Below are positions 37,328-49,400 of a stretch of DNA of 64,000 nt, piece after piece (the first letter of the stretch is position 1; the number at the start of each line of letters is the position of its first letter). The stretch is from an uncultured Candidatus Saccharibacteria bacterium (GTDB lineage Bacteria; Patescibacteriota; Minisyncoccia; Phycocordibacterales; UBA2100). A model generated the notes under the pieces. That model worked only from the letters and a program-made list of their open reading frames with translations, made no database searches and had not been told where the DNA came from. Location of the stretch: positions 105,037 through 169,036 of the forward strand of contig CAZELA010000002.1 in assembly GCA_964512835.1 (NCBI GenBank), written 5' to 3'. A program made the translations under genes and the position numbers.

Positions 37328-38292
37328 AACGGTACCTCGCACTTGTAGGAGTATGCCTCTTTGCTCTACCGGGAGTCGTGTGCGCGGCCGAGGGTGTGCT
37401 CTACATTTCTCCCGACCACGGCACCTATACGCTCGACAGTGAATTCGTAGTCGACGTGCTGGCTGATACCGACGGAACCGCGTCGTTTGCCGCCGAGGCC
37501 GATATTGCATTCAATCCGCAGTCGCTCGCCGTACAAAAAATCTCGACCGACGGTTCGGTGCTCGCGCTCTGGCCGACGCCGCCCGAATTCTCGAATACCA
37601 AAGGAACAATCAGATTCTCGGGAACTGCCGCCGAGCGATTCAATGCTCGTGACGCGCGGCTTATTCGGATAACCTTCCGGGCGATCGGGGTACATGCGGC
37701 AGACCTGCACATCGAATCCGGCGCTATACTCGAGAACAACGCACGTGCGATGAACATCATTACATCGATGCGTTCCGCCAATCTCACGATTGTCGCAAAA
37801 CAGGACGTGCCTACTCCTCCTGAAACGGTCGCCGTGCCCGAGACTGAACCCATCGTGCCCGAGGTGAAGGGTGCACAAATCTCTGTCCCGAATATCAGCG
37901 GCTATGACGACCGCGTGTCTGTCGGCGACCGCATCACTTTGCAGGGGAGTGCCACACCGGATTCGTCGATCACGGTTTTTTTGCAGCATGACGACGACAC
38001 ACCGATCGAAAGCACGGTGCTCACGACTCGCGACGGATCGTTCACGTATGTTGCCCGCGAGAAAGCGGTGCGCGGCGTATATCGCGCTTGGGCGACCGCG
38101 GCAGGAACCAGCGAACCGCTTATGTCCGACAAGGTTGTGATCGCCGTGGGAGGCAACGCATTTGCTGCCGCTGCCGAGAGCCTGACACCAATGCTGTTGA
38201 TGGGCTTGCCGTATTTGCTCGCACTCATCGTTGCCGGCATCTCGCTCGGATTTTTGTATAACCGTCGTTCCGCAACAAAGCGGATCATGTAA
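37324..38292 (+). CDS. Cohesin-domain protein with a C-terminal TM anchor (second anchoring scaffold)
   Basis: The start ATG 37324 overlaps the previous stop (ATGA). Signal peptide is MKRYLALVGVCLFALPGVVCA. The cohesin-like region is EGVLYISPDHGTYTLDSEFVVDVL......FAAEADIAF.P.SL......DGSVLALW.......TKGTIRFSG. A Thr/Pro linker and C-terminal TM (LLMGLPYLLALIVAGISLGFLY) follow. Confidence 0.7.
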   Translation: MKRYLALVGVCLFALPGVVCAAEGVLYISPDHGTYTLDSEFVVDVLADTDGTASFAAEADIAFNPQSLAVQKISTDGSVLALWPTPPEFSNTKGTIRFSGTAAERFNARDARLIRITFRAIGVHAADLHIESGAILENNARAMNIITSMRSANLTIVAKQDVPTPPETVAVPETEPIVPEVKGAQISVPNISGYDDRVSVGDRITLQGSATPDSSITVFLQHDDDTPIESTVLTTRDGSFTYVAREKAVRGVYRAWATAAGTSEPLMSDKVVIAVGGNAFAAAAESLTPMLLMGLPYLLALIVAGISLGFLYNRRSATKRIM

Positions 38293-39078
38293 CTACTGAC
38301 GCATTCGCGTAAAGAAAATCGACAGGTCGGCCAGATTGCATGCGCCGTCACGATCAAGGTCGTACTTCGCGTTATACGGTGCGATGATCTGGATCGCGAT
38401 GATCGAAAGGTCTACAACGTTCACTTTGCCGTCGCCGTTGAAGTCGATCGTCGGCGGGGCAAGTGTCTCGTCATTCATTTTGGATGCCGCAGTGCTACGG
38501 GATGCGGGTGCTTCGTCCGGGATATCAAACGTATAGATTCTCCTGCTGCTCTGTACCTCCGTGCCTTTTCCGTCGGCTGCGAATATTTGTGCGTCTTTGA
38601 ACGACAGCTGCGCGGAGCCGGATTTCTTTGCCTTGAGCGAAAGCGTAACGATGGTGCCGATCCCCGAAAGGCCTCCGCCTTCGATGGTACCGCCCGAAAA
38701 ATGCACCTCACCGAGCTTTTCTTTGATGCTGGTTTCCTCGGTCCACAGATCCAGGAACGAGTTTTCTTTGCTGATACCCACGATCTCTATCATGTCCTCC
38801 GGAAATTTGATCGTCGCACCGACCGTATTGATCGGCGTCTTTGTGTTGATGCGGATGTCGACATCGGTCGTCTCGCCGACTTTCAGTGTGGACGAGCTGT
38901 GAGGGGAGATATACAGCACGGTCTCGTTTCCCATTGATGCGGCGCTCCCTGCGATCAGGGTCACGATCGAGTCGCCGCGGTTGATGAGCACGGTTGTGGA
39001 AGCGGTAAGCAGTACTAAAACAGCGATTGCATGAAGAATGCCGATTTTGTGCACGAAATCAGCGATCCTGTGGAACAT
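38293..39078 (-). CDS. Cohesin + dockerin adaptor scaffold protein
   Basis: N-terminal signal-anchor (ILHAIAVLVLLTASTTVL). The cohesin-like region is TVLYISPHSSSTLKVGETTDVDIRINT.TPINTVGATIKFPEDMIEIVGISKENSFLDLW........GEVHFSGGT. The C-terminal dockerin pair is DFNGDGKVNVVDLSIIA.....KYDLDRDGACNLADLSIFFTRM. Confidence 0.7.
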   Translation of the reverse strand: MFHRIADFVHKIGILHAIAVLVLLTASTTVLINRGDSIVTLIAGSAASMGNETVLYISPHSSSTLKVGETTDVDIRINTKTPINTVGATIKFPEDMIEIVGISKENSFLDLWTEETSIKEKLGEVHFSGGTIEGGGLSGIGTIVTLSLKAKKSGSAQLSFKDAQIFAADGKGTEVQSSRRIYTFDIPDEAPASRSTAASKMNDETLAPPTIDFNGDGKVNVVDLSIIAIQIIAPYNAKYDLDRDGACNLADLSIFFTRMRQ

Positions 39079-39093
39079 GAGAAAAGTCTAGCA

Positions 39094-39870
39094 TCATTCC
39101 TCAACGGCCGGTGACGGGATGATGAAGGGGGTGTTTACACTCAGGATCGTTGTCGTGGATTCGTAATTATCACCGTGGACAAGTACGCCGCGCACGGACG
39201 GCGTATCATCGATAAGTACGTCCACTGTCCCGGTGGCGATCCGCTGTACAAGGGATCGTAGCGTTCCGCCCTCGACAAGCTGCCCCTCCTTCGATACTCG
39301 GAAACGATACGAGTGGTACGTCGTGGTGCCGACCGAGAGGTCGGTCGGTTTACCGGTAAGCGTCAGATACGCGCCGCCGTTCCCAAGGATCGCCAGCGTG
39401 TCCAAAAACGGTCCCGCAACGGCGATGTTCTGATACTGCGGGGGAATGGAAGCTGCGGGTAGGCGGTGCCACTCCGGACCGTTTGGGATCGTCTTTTTTA
39501 AGAGCGGGCTGTCAGTCTCGATTTTTACGTACACGCTGTCTCCGACAGCCAGGTTCTGGAGGCTAAAAGTATGGGATTGCTCATGTTTGGACAGTTCGGG
39601 CGTGAAGAGGGTGGTGGTTGCGAACGATCCATATCGTTTGCCCTCATAATCCAGCCTATAGAGGCCGGAAATGCGCATAGCGCGCGCCGAGACCACGGTC
39701 GCTGTGTCCACTGTCATTTCGTACGATCGAAGCCCTTGAACGGCTTGTATAGCGGTTTGAAGCCGCTCATCGAACGAGCCCGATGACTCCGCTCTGTAGA
39801 GTAGGTATCCGCCTACCAACAGACCGACAAGGCAGATGGCTATCGCATATCTGTAAACGTGCGTATGCAT
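39094..39870 (-). CDS. Membrane-anchored exported protein (hypothetical)
   Basis: The start is trimmed to ATG 39870 (MHTHVYRYAIAICLVGLLVGGYLLY is a signal-anchor); the track begins at 39993. No recognisable motif. Co-directional with the cohesin-dockerin adaptor. Confidence 0.5.
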   Translation of the reverse strand: MHTHVYRYAIAICLVGLLVGGYLLYRAESSGSFDERLQTAIQAVQGLRSYEMTVDTATVVSARAMRISGLYRLDYEGKRYGSFATTTLFTPELSKHEQSHTFSLQNLAVGDSVYVKIETDSPLLKKTIPNGPEWHRLPAASIPPQYQNIAVAGPFLDTLAILGNGGAYLTLTGKPTDLSVGTTTYHSYRFRVSKEGQLVEGGTLRSLVQRIATGTVDVLIDDTPSVRGVLVHGDNYESTTTILSVNTPFIIPSPAVEE

Positions 39871-40041
39871 GGCGGACGTCTCATCAGTGTATAGGTCATC
39901 AGGTAGAGAACAAGGGGTTCGTCGCGCAAAAAAGGACAGCGACCGGATCAAAAAATGGCGAAAGACAAACTCGACACCTCGAAAGTTGTCCACATCGAAA
40001 AATAGGCTAAAAACCTAGGGATTATACAATTACCTCATGAC

Positions 40042-40088
40042 ATCTCGACCCCCGAGATTGCATAAATGAGTAAAACTCGACCCTCGAG
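40042..40088 (+). promoter_or_regulatory. Two palindromic operator-like sites immediately upstream of, and overlapping the start of, the HTH gene
   Basis: Site 1 is ATCTCGACCCCCGAGAT (40042..40058, perfect 6-bp arms). Site 2 is CTCGACCCTCGAG (40076..40088, perfect 5-bp arms). Both share the half-site CTCGA-CCC-TCGAG, are about 30 bp apart, and the second abuts the start codon at 40091/40097. Confidence 0.4.
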
Positions 40089-40090
40089 AT

Positions 40091-40486
40091 TTGCCTATGA
40101 TGACGAAAAAAAGCGAATACATTTCACTTCGAGAAGCGGCGGCCATGTCCGGCTACACTCCCGACTATGTCGGGCAGTTGATTCGCAGCGGAAAACTGCC
40201 GGGTAAGCAGGTGTTTGCAAACGTCGCTTGGATGACGACCGAGGACGCACTTCGTGACTACATGGACAAAAAGCGTGGTGCTCCGCTCACAAAAGGGGCG
40301 GTATCGACGGGTTTTATGAACACTATTCAGCGAGAGATCGAATCGCCGCGCCTCGTAAAGCGGCTTTCGATCGCTCTCATGATCGTGAGCGTCGCATTCC
40401 TGATGCTTGTTTTCTACATATTTTCAACTTCGCTCGACCAGCGACTCAATCAGCGCGCCATTCAGCGCCTCGAGCAACAAACCTGA
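40091..40486 (+). CDS. Small helix-turn-helix (excisionase/MerR-like HTH) protein with a C-terminal TM helix
   Basis: The HTH is ISLREAAAMSGYTPDYVGQLIRSGKLPGKQV; the pattern hydrophobic-xxEAA..hG.s...h..hh..G.hP is typical of HTH_17/excisionase-type domains. A C-terminal TM follows (LSIALMIVSVAFLMLVFYIFS). The track uses TTG 40091; ATG 40097 is equally possible. Confidence 0.65.
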   Translation: MPMMTKKSEYISLREAAAMSGYTPDYVGQLIRSGKLPGKQVFANVAWMTTEDALRDYMDKKRGAPLTKGAVSTGFMNTIQREIESPRLVKRLSIALMIVSVAFLMLVFYIFSTSLDQRLNQRAIQRLEQQT

Positions 40487-40490
40487 TCAC

Positions 40491-43400
40491 ATGAACACAC
40501 ATACACGATCATGGGTAAGCATGAATCGAAGCATCCCGCGACTGATCGCGGTTCTTGCATGTGTGATTATGTGCACGATTGCTTTCGCAGACACGGCGCA
40601 CGCAGCAACCGGGGTGCCGCGAATCATGAACTACCAGGGCCGTCTCATGAACTCGGGCGGTTCGCTCCTCGGCGGATCGAGCGGCACGGATTACTGCGTA
40701 AAGTTCTCGCTCTACGACAACGCATCCGTCGGTTCCGGCACGAAGCTGTGGCCGTCGTCGGCGCCGTCGACTATGACGGTCAATGTGAAGAGCGGTGTGT
40801 TTAATGCGGGTGTGGGAGACACGAATGCCGGGGGAGACACGTTGAACTTTGATTTTGAGTCGAACGATGCGGTGTACCTCAACGTCGAAGTGGCAAGCAA
40901 GGTCGGTGCGACGTGCGCTGCCGGCGACGGTGCAGAGAGTTTTGAAAATCTGTCACCCCGTCAGCGCGTGACCGCGTCGGGGTACGCAATCAATTCTGCA
41001 ACGCTCGGCGGTCAGACCGGGGCGTACTACCGCGCAAATTCATACTCAACCACGAGTGCCGCGTACGACCTCTCAACGTACGACAAAGGGTATTTCTTTT
41101 CGACGACGTCGGTGAACTACTGGAATTCGACGGTAGGTGCCTGGGCGACAACCTCGTCAGATGCGTGGTTTGCAACAAAGACGACAGATAACCTTCCGCA
41201 GGGTATTACGAATCTGTACTACTCGAACAGCGCGGTCAATGCATTCCTTGCGGGATCAACGACGGTTGCGAAGTCGTTCAGTAACAACTCGTTCAGCGGC
41301 GTGAATAATTTCACGGGCGACGTAACGCTCACCAATGCGACGACCTCGAATTTTAATATTCTGAACACTGTTTCGGGTGGCGGACTTGTTTCGTGCTCGG
41401 CGAGTTCGGACAAACTCATCTGGAATGCTACGACGCGGCAGTTCGGATGTGGTGCAGATGCCGGGGCAGGCGGCGGTTTGACGGCGCTCGGGGCGGAATT
41501 CTCCTCGTATCAGACAGGTTCGTCTCAGACGCTTGCAACGAGCTCGGATACAAACATCGGCATCACCATTACGTCATCCGGCGACACGCACACGTTCACC
41601 CCGACCTGGTCGGGAACACTCGGTGCCGGTCGCGGCGGAACCGGTATCGGTTCGGTATCACAAAACGGCATCCTGATCGGCGCGGCGGGAAATACATGGT
41701 CGCAGGTATCAACGTCGTCCCTCGGTCTGCCGACATTTGCGACTCTCTCGTCGTATCTCGGACTCTCGGCGTGGTACGCAACCACGACCGATGCGCTTAC
41801 CGAAGGTGTAACGAACAAGTATTACACCGATACACGCGTTGCGAGCGTGATCGCAGGCACGACTACCGACGCGCTCGCAGAGGGTGCAACAAACAAGTAC
41901 TACACGGACAACCGCGTACAAACATACTTGAACGGCGTCGACAAGGGGTTCTACTTTTCTACCACCAGCGCATCACAGTTCGCATCCGTCGGTCTTGCGT
42001 TCTCGACAACATCAGCAGCGTACTTTAATTCCGTTAATCCCGGGGCATCATTTTCTACCACATCGGCCTCGTACTTCTCGTCGCTCGGTCTCGCATACTC
42101 GACGACATCGACTGCGTTCAATCTGTCGACCTACGACAAGGGTTACTTCTTCTCGACCACATCGGTCGCGTTCTGGGATTCGACGCAGTTCCGATGGGCA
42201 ACCACCAGCTCGGACGCATGGCTCGCGACGAAGTCGACAACGGATCTTGCCGAAGGCAGCAACCTCTACTACACGCCGACTCGTGTTGCCGGTGTGATTG
42301 CAGGCACCACGACCGATGCGCTGGCAGAGGGAACGAACAATAAGTACTTCACCGATAATCGTGTGGCGAGCGTGATCGCCGGCACCACAACTGATGCGCT
42401 TGCCGAGGGAAGCGTGAACAAGTACTACTCGAACGGGTTGGTGCAGACGTATTTGAACGGCGTCGACAAAGGCTACTTCTTCTCGACCACGTCGGCGCTG
42501 TACTTCAATGCGCAGAATCCTGGTGCGTCGTTCTCAACAACCTCTGCGGATTTCTGGAAGACGCAGAACAATTTCCACTCAACCACATCGTTTGCGTTTA
42601 ATCTTTCGACCTACGACAAGGGATACTTCTTCTCGACGACATCGGTGAATTACTGGGAGGGAACACAGAACCGCTGGGCGACAACATCATCAGATGCGTG
42701 GCTTGCGACCAAGTCCACGAGCGATCTTGCGGAGGGAAGTAATCTCTACTACACCCCGACTCGTGTTGCCGGTGTGATTGCAGGCACCACGACCGATGCG
42801 CTGGCAGAGGGAACGAACAATAAGTACTTCACCGATAATCGTGTCGCAACCGTTATCGCCGGCACTACCACTGATTCACTCGCAGAGGGTGCGACAAACA
42901 AGTATTACCAGGATTCGCGCGTTGCCTCATACATCAACGGCTCGTCCACGATCCCGTCGGTCGGGGGAGGTGCGTACGGCGATATCTTATCGTGGAACGG
43001 TTCGCGCTGGAGCGTGGCTGCTACATCATCGATCGGGCTCCCGACATTTGCGAATCTTGCAAACTACTTCACGCTCGCGTCGTGGTACGCAACCACAACT
43101 GATGCGCTCGACGAGGGAGTAAACAATATGTATTTCACGCCGGCGCGGTTTGCAGCATCGCTCGCAGCGACAACGACCGACGCGCTCGCGGAAGGCACGA
43201 ACAATCTCTACTTCTCTACGAACCGAGTCGCGACGGTACTTGCCGCAACCACAACCGATGCGATCGCAGAGGGAAGCGCGAACAAGTACTACAATGATTC
43301 CCGCGTTCAGACGTTCCTTAATACAATTTCCAAAGGCTACTTCTTCTCCACCACGTCGGCGTCGAATTTTGCATCCGCCGGACTCGCGTTCTCTACCACG

Positions 43401-46400
43401 TCGACCGACTACTGGAAGTCGCAGCAGAATTTCCACTCGACGTCATCGTTTGCGTTTAATCTCGGAACGTACGACAAGGGGTACTTCTTCTCGACCACAT
43501 CGGTTAATTACTGGGAGGGAACACAGAACCGCTGGGCAACCACCAGCTCGGACGCATGGCTTGCGACGAAGTCGACCAGTGATGTGGCCGAGGGTATCAA
43601 TCTGTACTTCACGCCGACGCGCGTTGCGGAGATTATTGCCGGCACCACAACTGATGCGCTTGCCGAGGGAAGCGTGAACAAGTACTACTCGAACGGGTTG
43701 GTGCAGACGTATTTGAACGGCGTCGACAAAGGCTACTTCTTCTCGACCACATCGGCAGCGTATTACGCTTCGCAGAATCCGCAGAGCTTCTCGACGTCGT
43801 CTGCGAATTACTACATGCAGGCTTCGACGACGGTTCCGAAAACATATTCAAACAACACGTTCACCGGAACCAATGATTTCCAAAACGTGACTGCCGCCAG
43901 CGCGACGTCGACGACCTCATTTACGGGTACCGCATCGTCCAGCAATCTGTATTCGAACATCGCGAACATCGGCTCCTTGATCGCGGGCGCATTCACCGGA
44001 AACGTCATCACCGCAACGAATGCAACCACGACAACCTTGTACGCAGGCACCGCATCCTCGACGAATTCGTTCACAAATACCGCGACCATTGGTACTGCGA
44101 ACGTGGGCAGCGCAACGGTTAATTCGTTGACGCTCAATAATGCGCTGACCGCGGGCAACGGGGGAACCGGACTGAGCACGGTGACGCAAAACGCTCTATT
44201 AATAGGAGGCCCGGCCAACACCTGGACGCAGATTGCTACGTCGTCGCTCGGGCTGGTCGCATTCTCTGATCTGGGTGCCTACATGGGCTTGGCACAGTGG
44301 TATGCAACGACAACCGATGCGCTCGCCGAGGGATCAAACAATAAGTACTTTACGGTAAATCGCGTCGCTGCCGTGCTTGCCGCAACCACGACGGATGCGA
44401 TCGCAGAGGGAAACACCAATCTCTACTTCACACCGAATCGTGTTGCGGGTGTCATTGCGGGCACCACAACCGACGCGCTTGCCGAAGGCACAACGAATAA
44501 GTACTACTCGAACGGTTTGGTTCAGACATATTTGAACGGAATCGACAAGGGGTTCTACTTCTCGACGACCAGCTCGGATGCATGGCTCAACACGAAAACC
44601 TTTGCTTCGTTCTCGACCACATCGGCGGACTATTGGAAAACGCAGAACAATTTCCACTCCACGACCTCGTTCGCGTTTAATCTTTCGACTTACGACAAGG
44701 GTTATTTCTTCTCGACGACATCGGTGAACTACTGGGAGGGAACACAGAACCGCTGGGCAACCACCAGCTCGGACGCATGGCTTGCGACCAAGTCCACGAG
44801 CGATCTTGCGGAGGGAAGTAATCTCTACTACACCCCGACTCGTGTTGCCGGTGTGATTGCGGGCACGACGACGGATGCGCTCGCAGAGGGTGCAACAAAC
44901 AAGTACTACCAGGATTCGCGCGTTGCCTCATACATCAACAGCTCGTCCACGATCCCGTCAATTGGAGGCTCATCCTACGGAGACATTCTGTCATGGAACG
45001 GTTCGCGCTGGAGTGTTGCAGCTACATCTTCGATCGGGCTTCCGACATTCGCAAACCTTGCAAACTACTTCACGCTCGCATCGTGGTACGCAACCACAAC
45101 TGATGCGCTCGACGAGGGCGTAAACAATATGTATTTCACTCCGGTACGCGTGGCAACCGTGCTTGCCGCAACGACGACCGATGCGATCGCAGAGGGAACG
45201 AATAACCTCTACTTTACCGCTAATCGCGTTGCGAGCGTTTTGGCGGCAACGACGTCTGACGCAATCGCTGAAGGCTCGACCAATCAGTACTACACCGATA
45301 ACCGAGTGCAGTCGTTCCTGAACACGGTCTCAAAAGGCTACTTCTTCTCGACCACGTCTGCTTCAAATTTCGCGGCAGCCGGGCTCGCATTCTCCACGAC
45401 GTCATCGAACTACTGGCTTTCGACTCAGACGATACCTTCGTTCTCGACAACCTCTGCAGATTTCTGGAAAACCCAGAACAATTTCCACTCCACGACCTCG
45501 TTCGCGTTTAATCTTTCGACTTACGACAAGGGTTATTTCTTCTCGACGACATCGGTGAACTACTGGGAGGGAACACAGAACCGCTGGGCAACCACCAGCT
45601 CGGACGCATGGCTTGCGACCAAGTCCACGAGCGATCTTGCGGAGGGAAGTAATCTCTACTACACCCCGACTCGTGTTGCCGGTGTGATTGCAGGCACCAC
45701 GACCGATGCCCTGGCAGAGGGATCGAATAACAAGTACTACACGGACAACCGCGTCCAAACATACTTGAACGGTGTCGATAAGGGCTTCTACTTCTCGACC
45801 ACTTCGGCATCGGTGTTCTCGGCCCGCGGCCTTTCGTTCTCGACGACCTCCACCGACTATTGGCGAAGCGTAAACAACTTCTTCTCGACAACGAGCGCGT
45901 CGCACTTCTCGTCGCTCGGTCTCGCGTTCTCGACAACATCAGCCGCGTATTTCCTCGGGCTGAATCAGGGCGCGGCATTCTCGACAACATCAGCAAATCA
46001 TTTTGTCGATGCATCAACAACGATCCCCAAGACATATACGAACAACACGTTCAGTGGGACGAACAGTTTCTCGAACATTACGTTCGTGCAGGGCACCTCG
46101 ACCTCGCTCTTTGCAAATGTGTTGTCGGCGGTCAGCAGCTTGTTCGGCAGCTTTAGCGCTACATCGACAACAGCCACGTCCACCATCTCGGGACCGGTGG
46201 CGTTTGGTACATCCACAACGAACTATAAGTATTCGTTCATGGGCCAGACAACCGGTGCGACCGGTGCCACAGGCACAGCGATTGTTGCGATATCGAACGA
46301 CAACAATACGCTTTCGTCCGGCAACAATGTGTTGCGACTCAACCTCCGAACGCCGTACGCGACCGCATGTACGAGCGCAACGACGTGCCCGCGATTCGAG

Positions 46401-49400
46401 GAATATTTCACGGGTGTGAATTCGGGATCAGACACTGGTGGACGCAGCGTGGGCAGTCTCCGTTTGTCGACTGCAGGAACGGGCATCACACAGACCTCAG
46501 GCGCGGCCGACTTTGCGGAGTACATGCAGCTGAGCGAGTCCGCGGCGGTCGGCGATATCGTATCGCTCAACTCGAGCGGTGAGTATCGAAAGGCGACGGC
46601 GGGCGAGTCGCTGATCGGCGTCGTCTCTGACAATGCCGCATTCGTCGGTAATGCAAATCTTGAGGGCGAAACGAACGCATATATCGTGGGTTTTGCCGGC
46701 GTGATTCGCACGACGGTCTCGACCGCAAACGGCACCATCAATGCAGGTGATCTTATCGCCGCCTCAGACGTGCCGGGCGTCGGTATCAAGCTGTCGAAAT
46801 CCGGTTATGCACTCGGTCAGGCACTCGAAAGCTACAGCGGCGGCGGCCAGGGAACAATCGCGGTGTTGGTACTGCCGAAATTCGTAGATGCAGCCGTGGC
46901 GCTCGAGAGCTACGGTGGCGGCGCATCCGGCGCGTCCGGGTACTGGGATCTCTCGACGAGCACGAATACCGTATCGCTCGCATCGAGCACGTATTCGGTA
47001 TCGATCGGGACGAGCGCATCGACATCGAACCTTGTCGTGTCGAACGGATTCACGTTCGGCAAGGCAAGCGGCGTGCTCAAGTCGGTTGCCGGTGTCGTTA
47101 CCTCGACGCTCGTAAACCTCGCCGGCGATGTGACCGGCGTGCTCGGTATTTCAAACGGGGGAACGGGAACTTCGACCGCACCGCAGAATGGTCAGGTGCT
47201 CGTCGGTAACGCTACTGGCGGCTACGACCTCGTGGCGGCCTCGACACTTGTTTCGCAGAATCAGGGTAATACATTCTCCACCACCTCAACCGACTACTGG
47301 AAAACACAGAATAATTTCTTCTCCACCACCTCTGCTTCAGTCTTCTCCGCAAATGGTCTATCGTTCTCGACCACCTCGACCGACTATTGGCGAAGCGTAA
47401 ACAACTTCTTCTCGACAACGAGCGCGTCGCACTTCTCGTCGCTCGGTCTTGCGTTCTCGACCACGTCGGCGCAGTACTTCCTCGGACAGAATCTTGGCGG
47501 CGCGTTCTCGACCACCTCGACCGACTACTGGAAAACGCAGAATAATTTCCACTCGACCACCTCGACCGCATACGATCTCTCGACCTATGACAAGGGATAC
47601 TTCTTCTCCACTACATCAGCCTCCGCGTTCCTCGCGCTCAATCAGGGCGCGGCGTACTCCACAACCTCTGCAGCATTCAATTTGTCGACCTACGACAAGG
47701 GATACTTCTTCTCGACGACATCGGTGAACTACTGGGAGGGAACACAGAACCGCTGGGCAACCACCAGCTCGGACGCATGGCTTGCGACCAAGTCCACGAG
47801 CGATCTTGCGGAGGGAAGTAATCTCTACTACACCCCGACTCGTGTTGCCGGTGTGATTGCAGGCACCACGACCGATGCGCTCGCGCAGGGTGCGACCAAC
47901 AAGTACTTCAGCAACGGGCTTGTTGATCAATACCTTGCGTCGTCGTCGTCCGTCCCGAAAACCTTCACGAACAATACGTTCACGGGTACCAATGCATTCG
48001 GCGCGATCACCGCGGGCGGCGCAACGACGACCGCGCTTTCTACGAATAGTGCGTCGACCTCGAACCTTGTTATCTCAACCCTTCAGAATTCCATGCTCTA
48101 CACAGGGGCGGGCGGCGTCGTTTCGGCCGCGACAATCTCGGGACCGCTTTCGTTCTCTGCCGGCACGCTCTCGATCCAGCAGGCAAGTGCGTCTCAGAAC
48201 GGTTACCTTTCGTCGTCGGATTTCAATTCGTTCAATAACCGACTCTCCACGTCGTCACTCAATACTATAGATAGGGGACAGTTCTTCTCGACCACCTCGG
48301 CGTCGGCGTTTTCTGCGAGCGGCCTTTCGTTCTCGACCACCTCGACCGACTACTGGCGAAGCGTAAACAACTTCTTCTCGACAACGAGCGCGTCGCACTT
48401 CTCGTCGCTCGGTTTGGCGTTCTCGACGACATCCGCATCCACATTCCTCGGGCTGAACCAGGGAGCTGCGTTCTCCACCACGTCGGCATCGAACTTCGCA
48501 GCTGCGGGCCTCGCGTTCTCGACGACCTCGGCACAATATTTCCAGTCGCAGAACGACACGTCGTACTCCACGACTTCGGAGAATTATTATCAGCAGTCGT
48601 CGACGACGGTCGTGACTGCATACAAGAACAACACGTTTACCGGCACCAATTCGTTCCAGAACATCACTGCGACCGGCGCAACCACCACTGTTATCTCGAC
48701 AACCATTGCGTCAACGACGAATCTCGTTGTATCGGGCCAGTCCAATGCATTACTCGGTACGGGTGCAAATGGGGTTGTACAGGCAACCACGTTCTCAGGC
48801 CCGCTCTCGTACAACGGCGGCATTCTCACGCTCACGCAGTCCGGTGCAGCACAGAACGGCTACCTTTCATCCACCGATTGGAATTCGTTTAACAGCCGAC
48901 TCTCCACCAGCACACTCGCGCTCATCGATAAGGGCTTCTTCTTCTCGACCACATCCGCATCGGTATTTGCGGCGTCGGGCCTCGCGTTCTCGACGACCTC
49001 GACGGATTACTGGAAATCGCAGAATAATTTCTTCTCGACCACTTCGGCATCGTTCTTCTCGACCCTTGGTCTCGCATTCTCCACCACATCGGCTGCGTAC
49101 TTTACGTCACAGAACCAGGGTGCGTCGTTCTCGACTACTTCGCAGAATTACTACATGCAGTCATCGACCACCGTTCCCACAACCTACAAGAACAACACAT
49201 ACACCGGCACGAATTCATTCCAGAATGTCACGGCGACCGGCGCAACCACCACCGTTATCTCGACCGGCATCGCATCGACCACGAACCTGGTGGTCGGTAT
49301 CTCGAACGGCCTCCTCGGGTCGGCCGTGAACGGCGCAGTGCAGGCAACCACGTTCTCGGGACCGCTCTCGTACAACGGCGGCATTCTCACGCTCACGCAG

